Below are positions 1-10,065 of a DNA stretch of 64,000 nucleotides, piece by piece. Each line of letters opens with the position of its first letter. The stretch's first letter is position 1. The notes under the pieces are model-generated. The model was given only the letters and a program-made list of their open reading frames with translations, made no database searches and had not been told where the DNA came from. A program made the translations under genes and the position numbers. Origin of the DNA: Chloroflexota bacterium (GTDB lineage Bacteria > Chloroflexota > UBA11872 > VXOZ01); assembly GCA_964291655.2 (NCBI GenBank), contig OZ219802.1, positions 1,760,001 to 1,824,000 of the forward strand. Reading direction: 5' to 3'.

Positions 1-183
1 TGGGATCGGGTTGCGGCCACATTCAATGCGCAGGCGGGTATGATGGTAGCGTGTAGCGCGACTTCGGGTATCGTCTCTCTGTTCGTTCCAACGCAGGGAA
101 TCAACCGGCGTTGGCAGTGAGACAATTGCATTAACTCGCAAGAGAGGGCGAGCGCGGCCAGTAATCGGACAAAGGAGATTGGA

Positions 184-957
184 ATGAGCGCACTTGAGGG
201 GCGGCGGGCGTTGGTTACCGGCGCGGGCATTGGGATCGGTCAGGGCATCGCGTTGGAGTTGGCCCGCCAGGGGGCGGCGGTGGCCGTGCACTACTATGCC
301 GATAGTGTGGCCGGCGGGCAGGAGACCGTGGCGGCTATCAAGGAAAGCGGCGGCGCGGCAGTACCGATTGAGGCCGACCTTACGAACGTGGCAGAGTGCC
401 GCCGCGCTGTGGACGAGGCCGCGGCGGGCCTGGGCGGTCTCGACGTCTTGGTCAACAACGCCGGCGTTACGGTGGAGCGCCCGTTTCAGGAGACCACCGA
501 GGCGCACTATGACCTGATGTTCGACCTGAACGTGCGCGGCTACTTCTTCTGCGCCCAGCAGGCGCTGCCCCACATGCTGGCGCGCGGCGGCGGCAGTATT
601 GTCAACATCTCCTCCGTGCACGGCTATGCGGGCTATCCGTCCCACGTGGCGTACGCCGGCACGAAAGGCGCGGTCAACGCTCTGACCCGCACGCTGGCTA
701 TCGAGCTTGCGCCGCAGCATGTCAGAGTCAATACGATTGGTCCGGGCCTCATCGAGGTGCCGCGCTACTTCGACAATCCGGCATATACCACCGAGAAAGG
801 CGCCAGCCAAGTGCCGTGGGGACGCGTGGGGCGACCCGCAGACATTGCGAAAGTAGCAGCCTTCTTGGCCTCTGACGGGGCCGATTTCGTCACCGGCCAG
901 ATAATCTACGTGGATGGCGGCAGTACGGCGCGCATGTCTCTAGCGCCGGTTGAGTGA
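184..957 (+). CDS. SDR family NAD(P)-dependent oxidoreductase
   Basis: TGAGIGIG Rossmann motif, NNAG, catalytic YAGTK, VDGG near C-terminus; AAGGAG RBS upstream. Confidence 0.93.
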   Translation: MSALEGRRALVTGAGIGIGQGIALELARQGAAVAVHYYADSVAGGQETVAAIKESGGAAVPIEADLTNVAECRRAVDEAAAGLGGLDVLVNNAGVTVERPFQETTEAHYDLMFDLNVRGYFFCAQQALPHMLARGGGSIVNISSVHGYAGYPSHVAYAGTKGAVNALTRTLAIELAPQHVRVNTIGPGLIEVPRYFDNPAYTTEKGASQVPWGRVGRPADIAKVAAFLASDGADFVTGQIIYVDGGSTARMSLAPVE

Positions 958-1151
958 GGTGGCGTCGCCCCGGCAGGTGAGCGTGGAGACTCGATGGACT
1001 CGCATTACCTTTGGGTAAGAGTGTTGTGATGCTCTTGCGAACTATTTGAATTGGTCCGGATTGGCGCAGAATTCCCCTCACCTCGGCTCTCTCCCCAAGG
1101 AGAGGGAGTCTTTGCACCATGTGGCAGCGAACTTGAAAGGGACCGGCAGCT

Positions 1152-1562
1152 ATGCCCAAGGGCGATAAGAATACAATTGAAGAGCCTTCGCCGCACATAC
1201 ACCAGTACCGCCGCCTCGCTTGGGCGCTGATGCTGCTCTGGACCTTTGGTTGGGGCATTGTGGGGGTGGGCCCGTGGATAGGCATTCCCGACCTGCAGCA
1301 AGACAGCCTGGCCGTACACCTCGTACCGGTCGGCATTGGCATTGTCGGCGGCATCGCAACCCGCCGTCATCCACTGGCGGGCGGCGTGTATTGGCTGATT
1401 GCCGGGTTCTTGCTCTCCTCGCTGCTTGTCGTGCGCATGCAGAGCCTCGCGGACATGATCATCTGGTGCTTCGCCGCTTTCCCCGCCCTGGTCACAGGCG
1501 TTCTTTTCATCGTCAACCTGACGCCGGCTGAGCGTGCCGAGATTCAGAAGCGCAGACGATGA
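1152..1562 (+). CDS. hypothetical membrane protein (about 4 TM)
   Basis: Four hydrophobic segments; AAGGGA upstream of ATG. Confidence 0.6.
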   Translation: MPKGDKNTIEEPSPHIHQYRRLAWALMLLWTFGWGIVGVGPWIGIPDLQQDSLAVHLVPVGIGIVGGIATRRHPLAGGVYWLIAGFLLSSLLVVRMQSLADMIIWCFAAFPALVTGVLFIVNLTPAERAEIQKRRR

Positions 1563-1898
1563 ATTGAGTGCAAGAGGTTCCTAAAAAGAGAGATGTGGGA
1601 CTCTCTTACCCGCATTCCAGTGTCCTGGAAAGGAAGCCATGCCTGCGGCTCCTATCCCCGCGGTGAGGTGAATCCGACTGCGTGCCGCCGAGACCTTTGC
1701 ATTCTTTTCAAAAGCGGGGGACAAGCCCCCGCGCTACGTCTGCCTATCTGGCGGTAGCGTAGGTTTGTAACCTGCGCACCCCTGAGCCATAGGCAAGCCG
1801 ATTGTTGGCCGCACTTTGCTGCCCGTTAGGTGGGCCGCGATAATTCCAGATGAAAGTGGCGTACAGGCCCCAAGCTCCACGCATCAGAAGGTCCTCCT

Positions 1899-3713
1899 CT
1901 AGCCAAGCATCGTCCCTTGCATGTCTCCTGAGCCGCCGGTTGTGGTTGGCTCTACCACGCCCAAGCGCTCCAGGCGCTGGCTTGCCGCTGCCATTGCGAC
2001 ATGCACGCACGTTGGGTCGATCGGGATGACTGCGGGATCATCGCGGTGCTGGTACACCCATTGCAGAATGAAGTGGCGAATGGTGTCGGCGGAGGCTGCG
2101 TTATCGGGCAACGAGAGGTAGTGGGCAAAGAACCCGTGCAGCGAATCCACCAGGACCGTTTCCGTCGCCGGCCCAATGGTCTCCTGTCCCAGCATTTGGC
2201 CGTTGCGGACAAAGAAGAGATGTATCTTGCCCGGCGGATCCGCCGGATAGATAAGCAGGATGGTGTGACCGGCGAATCCTCCTGAGAGCGGGCGGTGGTG
2301 TGCGCGCAGCCGGCGCAGAACTTGCAGCGCCGCGTCCGCAGCAGGCGCCTCCCGGGCCTGCCAGTGTGACACCACGGCTGCCGGACCCTCCGACAGAAAC
2401 TGAAACACCATGTTCGCTTGGTCTTGTGCCGAAAGATCGGCTGCGGCAGAAAGCAGACGACGCGCCACGCGCGCACTCCAGCTCGCCGCCGCGCGGTTGC
2501 GGTAGGGCCCAAAGTATGCCGAGTCGTCCGGCCGCAGCCGATTGCTCGTTTGAACTTTGATACCTGCCTTCTGGCTGCGCCACACGCGGACGTATGGCTG
2601 CACGGGGCGATACTGCTGCTGCACGTTGTAGACCGGCTGCAATTCCTGGATGATCTGCGCTTCGCGGAGCAGCGCCTCGAACTCGGAGCCGGTGACCTCG
2701 ACGTCTATGCGGTCAAGCCGCTCGATCATGCCGTCGAAGAGTCGGTCGGGGTTCGCGAGGTGGCTGCGCACCCGCCGTTGCAGCGACTTTGACTTGCCCA
2801 CGTAAAGCACGGCACCTTCGCTATCCCGAAAGATGTAGATGCCGGGAAGCGCGGGCAGCAGCCGGATTTGCGCCTGCAGTGCGGAACGGTGAGCGGGCAG
2901 GCGGTGCCCCTGGCCGCTATCCAGCCATTCCAAGAACGCCCGCATACTCGTATTGTGTTCGGGAGGAACCTGGTCGATTAACCGTGCAAAACACTGGGCG
3001 GTCACACGGGCATCGATGAGCGCGCGGTGCTTGGGCGCATCATTCAGGCCGAAGTGCCGCGCCATACGTTCCAGGCTCGGCCGCTTAAGCTCCGGGAGGA
3101 GTCGTGCGCCCATGAGCACCGTATCGATCGTCAGATTGGCAAGTGGCCGACGCTTCGTCCAAAGCGCCTCGTTACGCAGAAAGCTGAGGTCGGAGGCGAT
3201 ATTGTGACCCACAACCGGTACATGGTCGATGAAGGCGTACAGTTCATCGAGCACCGGGCCCGCCGTAGGCGCGTCGCAGAGCATGTCATCGCTAATGCCG
3301 GTGAGTTGCCAGATGCGCTTGCTTACGCGCTGCCCGGGGTTTACCAGCGAGTTAAAACGAGCAATCTCCTCCCCATTGCACACGCGCACTGCGCCAAGCT
3401 CGATGATGCGATGGCGGCCCGCAATGCCGCCGGTAGTCTCGACGTCGAGCACTACGAAAACCTGCGACGTGAGTAGCTCTTCAGTGTCTTGCTGCCAGTG
3501 CGCCAACCCCCAGTTACCCGCAGAGTTTTGTACAAAGCGACCATCGGCGCTGAGCTTCTCTTCGATAAGGCGCAGCAAAGCGGAAGGCAACTCGCCGTTC
3601 AATTGCATAGCGGCTCGCGCGAGCGGCGCAATGTCCATCTCGCTCGCGCCTTCATCCAAAATTCGAAAGGCGCGTTCAACAAGAACCTGTCGTTCAAATG
3701 CTGGGAGTGCCAT
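1899..3713 (-). CDS. DEDDh 3'-5' exonuclease (Pol III epsilon-like) fused to GIY-YIG (UvrC/Cho-like) endonuclease
   Basis: DVETTG, GHN..SD and HRALIDA exonuclease motifs; PGIYIF..LYVGKS..RVRSH and EALLREA..P.YN GIY-YIG motifs. Confidence 0.9.
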   Translation of the reverse strand: MALPAFERQVLVERAFRILDEGASEMDIAPLARAAMQLNGELPSALLRLIEEKLSADGRFVQNSAGNWGLAHWQQDTEELLTSQVFVVLDVETTGGIAGRHRIIELGAVRVCNGEEIARFNSLVNPGQRVSKRIWQLTGISDDMLCDAPTAGPVLDELYAFIDHVPVVGHNIASDLSFLRNEALWTKRRPLANLTIDTVLMGARLLPELKRPSLERMARHFGLNDAPKHRALIDARVTAQCFARLIDQVPPEHNTSMRAFLEWLDSGQGHRLPAHRSALQAQIRLLPALPGIYIFRDSEGAVLYVGKSKSLQRRVRSHLANPDRLFDGMIERLDRIDVEVTGSEFEALLREAQIIQELQPVYNVQQQYRPVQPYVRVWRSQKAGIKVQTSNRLRPDDSAYFGPYRNRAAASWSARVARRLLSAAADLSAQDQANMVFQFLSEGPAAVVSHWQAREAPAADAALQVLRRLRAHHRPLSGGFAGHTILLIYPADPPGKIHLFFVRNGQMLGQETIGPATETVLVDSLHGFFAHYLSLPDNAASADTIRHFILQWVYQHRDDPAVIPIDPTCVHVAMAAASQRLERLGVVEPTTTGGSGDMQGTMLG

Positions 3714-3951
3714 TACGATAGGGCCTAGATTGTAGAGTGGTTAGGTTGTGTTGAGTTACCAAGAATCAGATCGGCATTGCACCAAAACAGGCAGCAACCC
3801 CGCCTGTCAGTGCCATGAAAACAGAACTTAATCCTCCGTCAATCCGGCGCAAGCTCGCCCCCGCACGGGGGCGCGGATTCCATCTTCGCCGCGCACACCC
3901 TGGATTCCGGCTTTCGCCGGAATGACGGTCAAGAAGGTGGCTGCTTCATGT

Positions 3952-5037
3952 TCAAACTGTTAGCGCGACACCCGTTTGTGTGGCAAGTTGCTGGAGGTCG
4001 GCAAGCACGGCGAGGTCAAGCGGGATGCCGTTTGCTTCCCGATCTTGCCTGCACTCTTGTTCAATTTCACCCGGCAGGGTGACGCGGTCGAATCCCGGCG
4101 CCAGCGGCAGCTCCCGCATCTCCGTAATGAGCGCTTGCATCCGCTCCTCGAACGATTGAGCATCCACGAATGCTGCGATTTCGATTGCGATGAAGAGGTG
4201 GGCAACATCGGCGGGCCGGGACATGTCGCTAAAGAACCCCGCGGCATGCACGCCCAGGGTCGCGCCGGTAAGGAGAGACGTGAATATCTCGACCATCAAC
4301 GCAAGTCCGGAACCTTTGTAGTCTGCCAGCGGACGCGCACCGCCCTGCCTGGCGCGCGTAGGGTCGGTGGTGGGCAGGCCGTCGGGTCCGACCGCCCATG
4401 AATCCGGAATGGATTGACCGCGCTTTTCCGCGAGGACCACGTGTCCCATGGCCACAACGCTCGTTGCCATGTCCAAGATGAGCGGTGGGCCCTGGGTCGG
4501 CGCGCCAAAGCAGATGGGGTTAGTGCCCAGGAATTTCTTCGCCGCTCCCCAGGGCACCATGGCCGGGCTTGAGTTGGTCGTCACGATACCTAGGCAACCG
4601 GCAGCCGCCATTTGCAGCGCATAGTCGGCTGCCATGCCGAAGTGGTTGCTATTGTGAACTCCTACGCTGCCAATGCCCTGCTCTTGGGCGAGTTGGATCG
4701 CCAATTGCGTGGCATACGTGCTGACCGGCACGCCCAGCCCGTTGTCGCCATTGACCAACGCGGAGGCGGCGCGTTGCCGATCGACGTGGATGTTGGGACT
4801 GGCGTTGACGACGCCGTTGCGTATGCGCTGCGCCAGCGCCGAAAGGCGCGTAATACCGTGACTCTCAACGCCGCGCAGATCGCAGAGCACGAGGTGCCGC
4901 GCCGACTGCTCCGCATGCTGTGGCGGGATGCCTTCATGCACAAGCACGTCCCGCGCAAACTGCTCAAGACGTAGTGCTGGAATACGCTGCGCGGCGGTGG
5001 TTGGCGATGCGTCCGCGCCTTTGCGAGGCGCGCTCAC
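3952..5037 (-). CDS. Ldh_2 family (malate/L-sulfolactate/ureidoglycolate dehydrogenase-like) oxidoreductase
   Basis: DLRGVESHG, NSNHFG, GTNPICFGAP, LDMATS, YKGSGL, LPGE motifs. Confidence 0.9.
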   Translation of the reverse strand: MSAPRKGADASPTTAAQRIPALRLEQFARDVLVHEGIPPQHAEQSARHLVLCDLRGVESHGITRLSALAQRIRNGVVNASPNIHVDRQRAASALVNGDNGLGVPVSTYATQLAIQLAQEQGIGSVGVHNSNHFGMAADYALQMAAAGCLGIVTTNSSPAMVPWGAAKKFLGTNPICFGAPTQGPPLILDMATSVVAMGHVVLAEKRGQSIPDSWAVGPDGLPTTDPTRARQGGARPLADYKGSGLALMVEIFTSLLTGATLGVHAAGFFSDMSRPADVAHLFIAIEIAAFVDAQSFEERMQALITEMRELPLAPGFDRVTLPGEIEQECRQDREANGIPLDLAVLADLQQLATQTGVALTV

Positions 5038-5924
5038 GCCTTCCCGACCTCCACGTGTGCCAGGTCTTCCAGGGGCTTGACCACGGCCGTTTGATCTTCG
5101 TCGGCCAGACCTTGCGCGATTGCCTCTTCGTAGACGAGTTGCGTGAGGTTGCTAATGAGCAGCCTTACACTCGCCTGCTGGCCGAGTTGCGTGGCCAGCC
5201 GCAGGTCCTTTACGAGGAGCTTGATGGCGAATGCCGGGTCAAAGTTACGCTTCAGGATAAAGTCCGGCATCGCGCGGTGCAGCATGCGGCTGTCGCCCAT
5301 CGCGGTTCCCAGCACTTGGTAGGATGTTGCAGGATCTACGCCGTTCTTGGCGCCGAGCACCATTGCTTCAACAATGCCGGCCAGGTTTATGCCAACGAGT
5401 AGTTGGTTTTGCAGCTTTACCACAGAGCCGGCGCCCAGCGGACCGACGTGGAAGATGCTCTCACCCATAGCCTGAAAGAGCGGCTCGGCTCTGGCAAAGG
5501 CTTCCGCCTCGCCTCCCGCCATGATAGCCAGCGTACCGGCCTCGGCTCCCATCGGGCCGCCGCTTATCGGCGCATCGATGAATTGAATCTGCTTCTCCGC
5601 AAGCGCGGCGCCAACGCGTTGGGCGGTGGCGGGGTCTATGGTGCTATGGTCCACGAACACCTGTCCGGCACGCGATCCGTGAATAGCGCCTGCCTCTCCC
5701 AGGAAGACCTCTTCCACGTCTTCCGGCATCGAAACGCAGGTGAGCACGAAGTCGGCTTGCTCTGCGCCTTCCCGTGGGCTTTCTACCAGCGTGCCGCCGG
5801 ACGTGACAAACGCCTCCGCCTTGCTGCGTGTGCGGTTGTAGGCATAGACATCATGACCGGCCTTGCGCAGATTGACCGCCATGTGCATGCCCATCGTGCC
5901 GAGACCGATAAAGGCTACCTTCAT
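5034..5924 (-). CDS. 3-hydroxyisobutyrate/tartronate semialdehyde reductase family dehydrogenase
   Basis: Start moved to MKVAFIGLGTMG; DAPISGG, KDLRLA; stop overlaps start of the Ldh_2 gene. Confidence 0.9.
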   Translation of the reverse strand: MKVAFIGLGTMGMHMAVNLRKAGHDVYAYNRTRSKAEAFVTSGGTLVESPREGAEQADFVLTCVSMPEDVEEVFLGEAGAIHGSRAGQVFVDHSTIDPATAQRVGAALAEKQIQFIDAPISGGPMGAEAGTLAIMAGGEAEAFARAEPLFQAMGESIFHVGPLGAGSVVKLQNQLLVGINLAGIVEAMVLGAKNGVDPATSYQVLGTAMGDSRMLHRAMPDFILKRNFDPAFAIKLLVKDLRLATQLGQQASVRLLISNLTQLVYEEAIAQGLADEDQTAVVKPLEDLAHVEVGKA

Positions 5925-5949
5925 TTCACGTGAACCCCTCTTATGTTGT

Positions 5950-6510
5950 CTAATTTGGAGAATGCGTTGCCTTGGCGCTGCTTGCTTCCCGAATCTTGCG
6001 AATTCCGCTATACATGTACTCCCCTCCGGAGTAAACGGTGAGAGCCAAGGCAAGCCAGAGGAGAATGTCGCTCACGATGCCTTGCCAGACGAGCAACACG
6101 AGCAACGCGATGAACGTGACACCGGTCTTCAGTTTGCCGACGCGTCCCGCCGGAATGGAAGCGCCTTTCTCGGCAGCTTGTGCGCGGAGGCCGGTCACGG
6201 CCATCTCCCGGCTGACAACTACCGCCGCCCACCAGCCGGGCAAGAGCTCTACCTGCACGAGGGAAATCAAGACGACGACAACGAGGACTTTGTCCGCCAC
6301 GAGATCGAGTGATGCCCCTACTGACGTGACGGTAGCGCTGCGGCGGGCCACAAATCCGTCCAGCCAATCCGTCGCCGCTCCTATCGCAAGCAATGCTGCC
6401 GCCAGCCAATACCATCGCGGCGTACCCTCGCCCCAAATGACGAGAAACATGATGAGCGGCGCAAGCGCGATGCGTAACAGCGTCAACTGCGTAGCGTAGC
6501 CAACGGGCAT
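5950..6510 (-). CDS. pgsA: CDP-diacylglycerol--glycerol-3-phosphate 3-phosphatidyltransferase
   Basis: LTLLRI, TDWLDGFVARR..GASLDLVADK CDP-alcohol phosphotransferase motif, REMAVTGLR, GKLKT; follows rodZ. Confidence 0.88.
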   Translation of the reverse strand: MPVGYATQLTLLRIALAPLIMFLVIWGEGTPRWYWLAAALLAIGAATDWLDGFVARRSATVTSVGASLDLVADKVLVVVVLISLVQVELLPGWWAAVVVSREMAVTGLRAQAAEKGASIPAGRVGKLKTGVTFIALLVLLVWQGIVSDILLWLALALTVYSGGEYMYSGIRKIREASSAKATHSPN

Positions 6511-6947
6511 GAACTCTTCCTCTAACAGGTCGTCGTCCTGCCGCCTGCCATGCGGCGTTATCCTGGCTATTCACGATACCGCTATCGAGGCGGCGCGGCA
6601 ACTCTGGGCAGGTTCCCGCAGACATTTGTGCGGGACGAATGTAGCCTATGCTCTTGCGGCGGGCCTCACGCCAACTCTGTCATTGCCCTGCCATTGTGCC
6701 ACACGATCCCGTCACAACGGCACTCCAGCCGGCTCTCCCTACACGCTATCTTGGATCTTCGATGAATAACCGAATCCGGAAGAAAACGGCTGGCGTCTCC
6801 GGAAAATCACACAAGTTTCACGCGGGGACGTGAGAGGGGTCGGCAGCCGAAGACTAATCTCCGCGTGGGTTAGGCGGCCGGGCACAACAAACCCAACGCA
6901 GTTCCACCACCGGCGGTAACGCGCACAGGGCTTTCGCCCCCATGCCA

Positions 6948-7784
6948 CTATTCCGGAGCGGGAACCGGCGTACCGTTCACGGCGATCACTAATTCTCCGT
7001 CATCTGATCTGACCGCCTCGAAGACCACTGCGTTCTGGCTTTCAAGCAAGGGGCCGACTTCACTGCCATTGACGGTAATCTCGACCCCTCCGGTGCGTCC
7101 AAACTCGATAGAGATGCTCTCCGTTGCAGACCACGTCAGCGGCTCCGTACCTTGGTCGGTCTCCGGACCGATCGTGTTAACGTAGATGATTTCACCATCT
7201 GCCGTAACCCTGAGCCAAGCCTGCTGGGTTGTGGACCGCAGGGTTACGTTCACACCAGTAATTGGGATGGGTGTCGGAGTAGGTGGCAGCTCTGGTGTAG
7301 GAATAGGGGAAGGGGTGCGGAGTGGCGGTACGCGGACCAGCGGTGTCGGTTCGGTCGTCGGTGTAGGTTCGCTCTCTACGACTGTTGGCGCGGGGCCCGC
7401 CGACAAGTACTCCTCGTAGACAAAGTTAAGAATCACACCGAGAGCGATCATGGACGCGAAAGCCAACACGATCTTCAAGCTAAACAGAGAAGAACGTCGA
7501 GTCGGCTCCTCCTGCGACTCCTCCACAGAAGTCTCTGTACTATCGCGATCTTGGCGATCGAATTCTTCAGCAATGTCTTCCGCAATTAGTCCCAGGTAAC
7601 GGGCGTAATTGACCAGAAACCCACGGGTGTAAACCGATGCAGGAAGTGAATCGAAATCGTCTGACTCTAACGCCTGCAATGCGGATCGGCGGATGCGCGT
7701 GGCTGCAGCAGCCTCCTCTAACGAGACACCCTTCGCCAACCGCGCCGCGCGTAGCGTCTCTCCAATTCGCTGGCGCTCTTGCAT
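6948..7784 (-). CDS. rodZ: RodZ-like cytoskeletal protein (HTH, TM, Pro/Thr linker, DUF4115)
   Basis: IGETLRAAR..TRIR..ALE..YTRGFLVNYARYLGL; single TM; WLRVTADG..ITVNG C-terminal domain. Confidence 0.85.
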   Translation of the reverse strand: MQERQRIGETLRAARLAKGVSLEEAAAATRIRRSALQALESDDFDSLPASVYTRGFLVNYARYLGLIAEDIAEEFDRQDRDSTETSVEESQEEPTRRSSLFSLKIVLAFASMIALGVILNFVYEEYLSAGPAPTVVESEPTPTTEPTPLVRVPPLRTPSPIPTPELPPTPTPIPITGVNVTLRSTTQQAWLRVTADGEIIYVNTIGPETDQGTEPLTWSATESISIEFGRTGGVEITVNGSEVGPLLESQNAVVFEAVRSDDGELVIAVNGTPVPAPE

Positions 7785-8527
7785 TAAATAACTCCACGGC
7801 AGACCGGGAGCGCTCCCCTATCCCCAATAGTCAGCCGCGCTACCTTGCCTATCTTGGTGGCCTATTCAAAATGTCGCCGCACGGGATCGAGCTTATCCTT
7901 CATTGTACGAGAGTTACGGCCTACTGTGTACTTGACGAATGACCTTGTGCTCCGCATGAAACACGTATGGGGAACCGCAACCTGCATCAGTACTCCGTTG
8001 TACCGCGCCGACGCTGTTATATCTCTCCTGCGAATCGCCGCCCATCATCAGGCAGCGCGTTGATAGCGTTGAAATAACCTTGCACTGCAACTAGCCCAAA
8101 GCAATATAATCCTCATGGAACCGGAAATGATCGGATACTGAGCGGAACGTGATTTACCCTGCTCCGCGAACGCCCTGACGTACCAGGTTGTGCGGAACCG
8201 CTCTCGCTTCGTATTGCCACTCACAGGATAACAGACTTGGGTATCAGTTGCGATGGCATTTACCTCCGCCCGCAATTCAGACGTCACAGATCCTAGGCAG
8301 TGTGTCGGAACAGCGAGAGGGCTGGATGGCCGCGCACGTCGTGTCGTTGCAAGCATCTGCAAAGAGTGTGTGCCCAGCCCTGTGGACCGAAACTCGTAGT
8401 ATTATGAAGTTGAGCCGCCACCGCGATGGCTATATCTTGAGATTGCTGCAGGGGACGAACAATCGCTAATGCAACTTTGCTCACAGGGCTTGTGAAGACT
8501 CTTCGGTGAAAGGAGCGTAGCGCAGCT

Positions 8528-9376
8528 ATGGGTCTGGAAATTGACGCTTGGATGCGCGTACCCTCTGAGACTCTGCAAGACGAGGCCAAAGTGCCGGTGC
8601 GCTTCGTGCGAAGCCGTGCGGCCCTCTACGCCGCGTTCGCGCGCGAGATTGCCGACGAAATCAAAGCCCACAACGCCGCCGGTGAACCGACGCGGCTCAT
8701 TCTGCCGGTGGGACCTATAGGTCAATTCCCGGTCCTCGCCGAAATCTGCAACCGCGAGCGCATCTCGTGGCAGAACGTGTGGACGTTCAACATGGACGAG
8801 TACTGTGACTGGGAGGGCCGCTCGATTCCGCTCGACCATCCGCTGAGCTTCGAGGGCTATATGCGCGAAGAATTCTTTGCGCGGCTCGAGCCTGACCTGC
8901 GCATACCTGAAGACCACGTCTTCTTTCCCCGCATCGAGCGCATCGACGAGGTAAGCGAGACCATCGCCGCGCTTGGCGGCATCGACTCCTGCTACGGGGG
9001 GATCGGCATCCACGGTCACGTGGCCTTCAACGAGCCGCCCATCTGCCGCTTCTACCAGGTGACGCTGGAGGAGTTTCGCAATTCCCGCACCCGCGTCCTG
9101 CCGCTGGCGCCGGAGACCACGGTGATGAATTCCATCCGCCGCGTGGGGGGCAATTTCTATACCTTCCCGCCCATGGCGATCACGCTCGGCATGAAGGACA
9201 TCCTGGAATCCCGCCGCATTAGGCTCTACTGCGACGGCGGCGACTGGCAGAAAGCCATCCTGCGCATCGCCCTGCTCGGCGACGTCTCCACCCACTACCC
9301 GGCGACCCTGCTCCAAGAGCATCCGGATGCCCTCATCACCGCCGATGCCGAGACGGCAGCGCCACTGACAGACTAG
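8528..9376 (+). CDS. glucosamine-6-phosphate deaminase family protein
   Basis: FNMDEY, GGIGIHGHVAFNEP, AITLGMKDIL, PATLLQEHP; AAGGAG RBS. Confidence 0.85.
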   Translation: MGLEIDAWMRVPSETLQDEAKVPVRFVRSRAALYAAFAREIADEIKAHNAAGEPTRLILPVGPIGQFPVLAEICNRERISWQNVWTFNMDEYCDWEGRSIPLDHPLSFEGYMREEFFARLEPDLRIPEDHVFFPRIERIDEVSETIAALGGIDSCYGGIGIHGHVAFNEPPICRFYQVTLEEFRNSRTRVLPLAPETTVMNSIRRVGGNFYTFPPMAITLGMKDILESRRIRLYCDGGDWQKAILRIALLGDVSTHYPATLLQEHPDALITADAETAAPLTD

Positions 9377-9453
9377 TGCAAGGCTCTACGGATGATTCGC
9401 AATGCTCGTGAAGTCCGGCGGGTTGGCGAAAAACTCGAACGAAACCAACAATT

Positions 9454-10065
9454 TCACTGCTGGCACAATTCCTCAAGAGTAGAGAGAAAGCGTTCGGCAT
9501 AGGGCGACTTACTCCTGACCTTTGCAGGATCCAACTCCGCGAGAATTTCGAAACTGTGCTTTCCCTTGGAGTACGTGCCCTTGCTTGTACTGCGCGTAGC
9601 CTGACTTAGTCCTCTTACCAGGTCCTGTTTTGGAACTTCCTCGACACTTGGGTTTCTTGGGAGCGCCGACTTTCGAAATCCCTGTCCGTAATAGGATTCA
9701 AGAGCATCCATGTCAGCGAGAAACCACGATTCCATGGCTTGTACCATGAGATGACATTGTTCGTCAGTCGCATCTCCCGGGCGGCTCCACCCATCAGGCC
9801 TTTGCTTGAGATGTTCCCAGGGCTTTGCGTTTGCAGCCGGCGCTTTTACGGGTCGCTCGGCGTCCACGAGCAGAAGATGAATTTGCTTGTCACCTGGCGC
9901 ACCCTTGAAGTCTTCAAGGGCGTCCGTGCGGCTGCCGCAGAGCACTACTTCAACATTCCTGCCCGTCAGTTTTGCCTTTTCGATGAAATTTCGAAAGTCC
10001 CGGCGGAGAATTGAATTCGCCGCCTTGCTGGTGCCCCCGCCTTCTACGAATAACCTGACCTTCAC
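9454..10065 (-). CDS. DUF4276 family protein (RloB/TOPRIM-like)
   Basis: GTG start overlapping ATPase stop (GTGA); LFVEGGG, LLVDAE, MVQAMESWFLAD, YSKGKHS. Confidence 0.8.
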   Translation of the reverse strand: MKVRLFVEGGGTSKAANSILRRDFRNFIEKAKLTGRNVEVVLCGSRTDALEDFKGAPGDKQIHLLLVDAERPVKAPAANAKPWEHLKQRPDGWSRPGDATDEQCHLMVQAMESWFLADMDALESYYGQGFRKSALPRNPSVEEVPKQDLVRGLSQATRSTSKGTYSKGKHSFEILAELDPAKVRSKSPYAERFLSTLEELCQQ

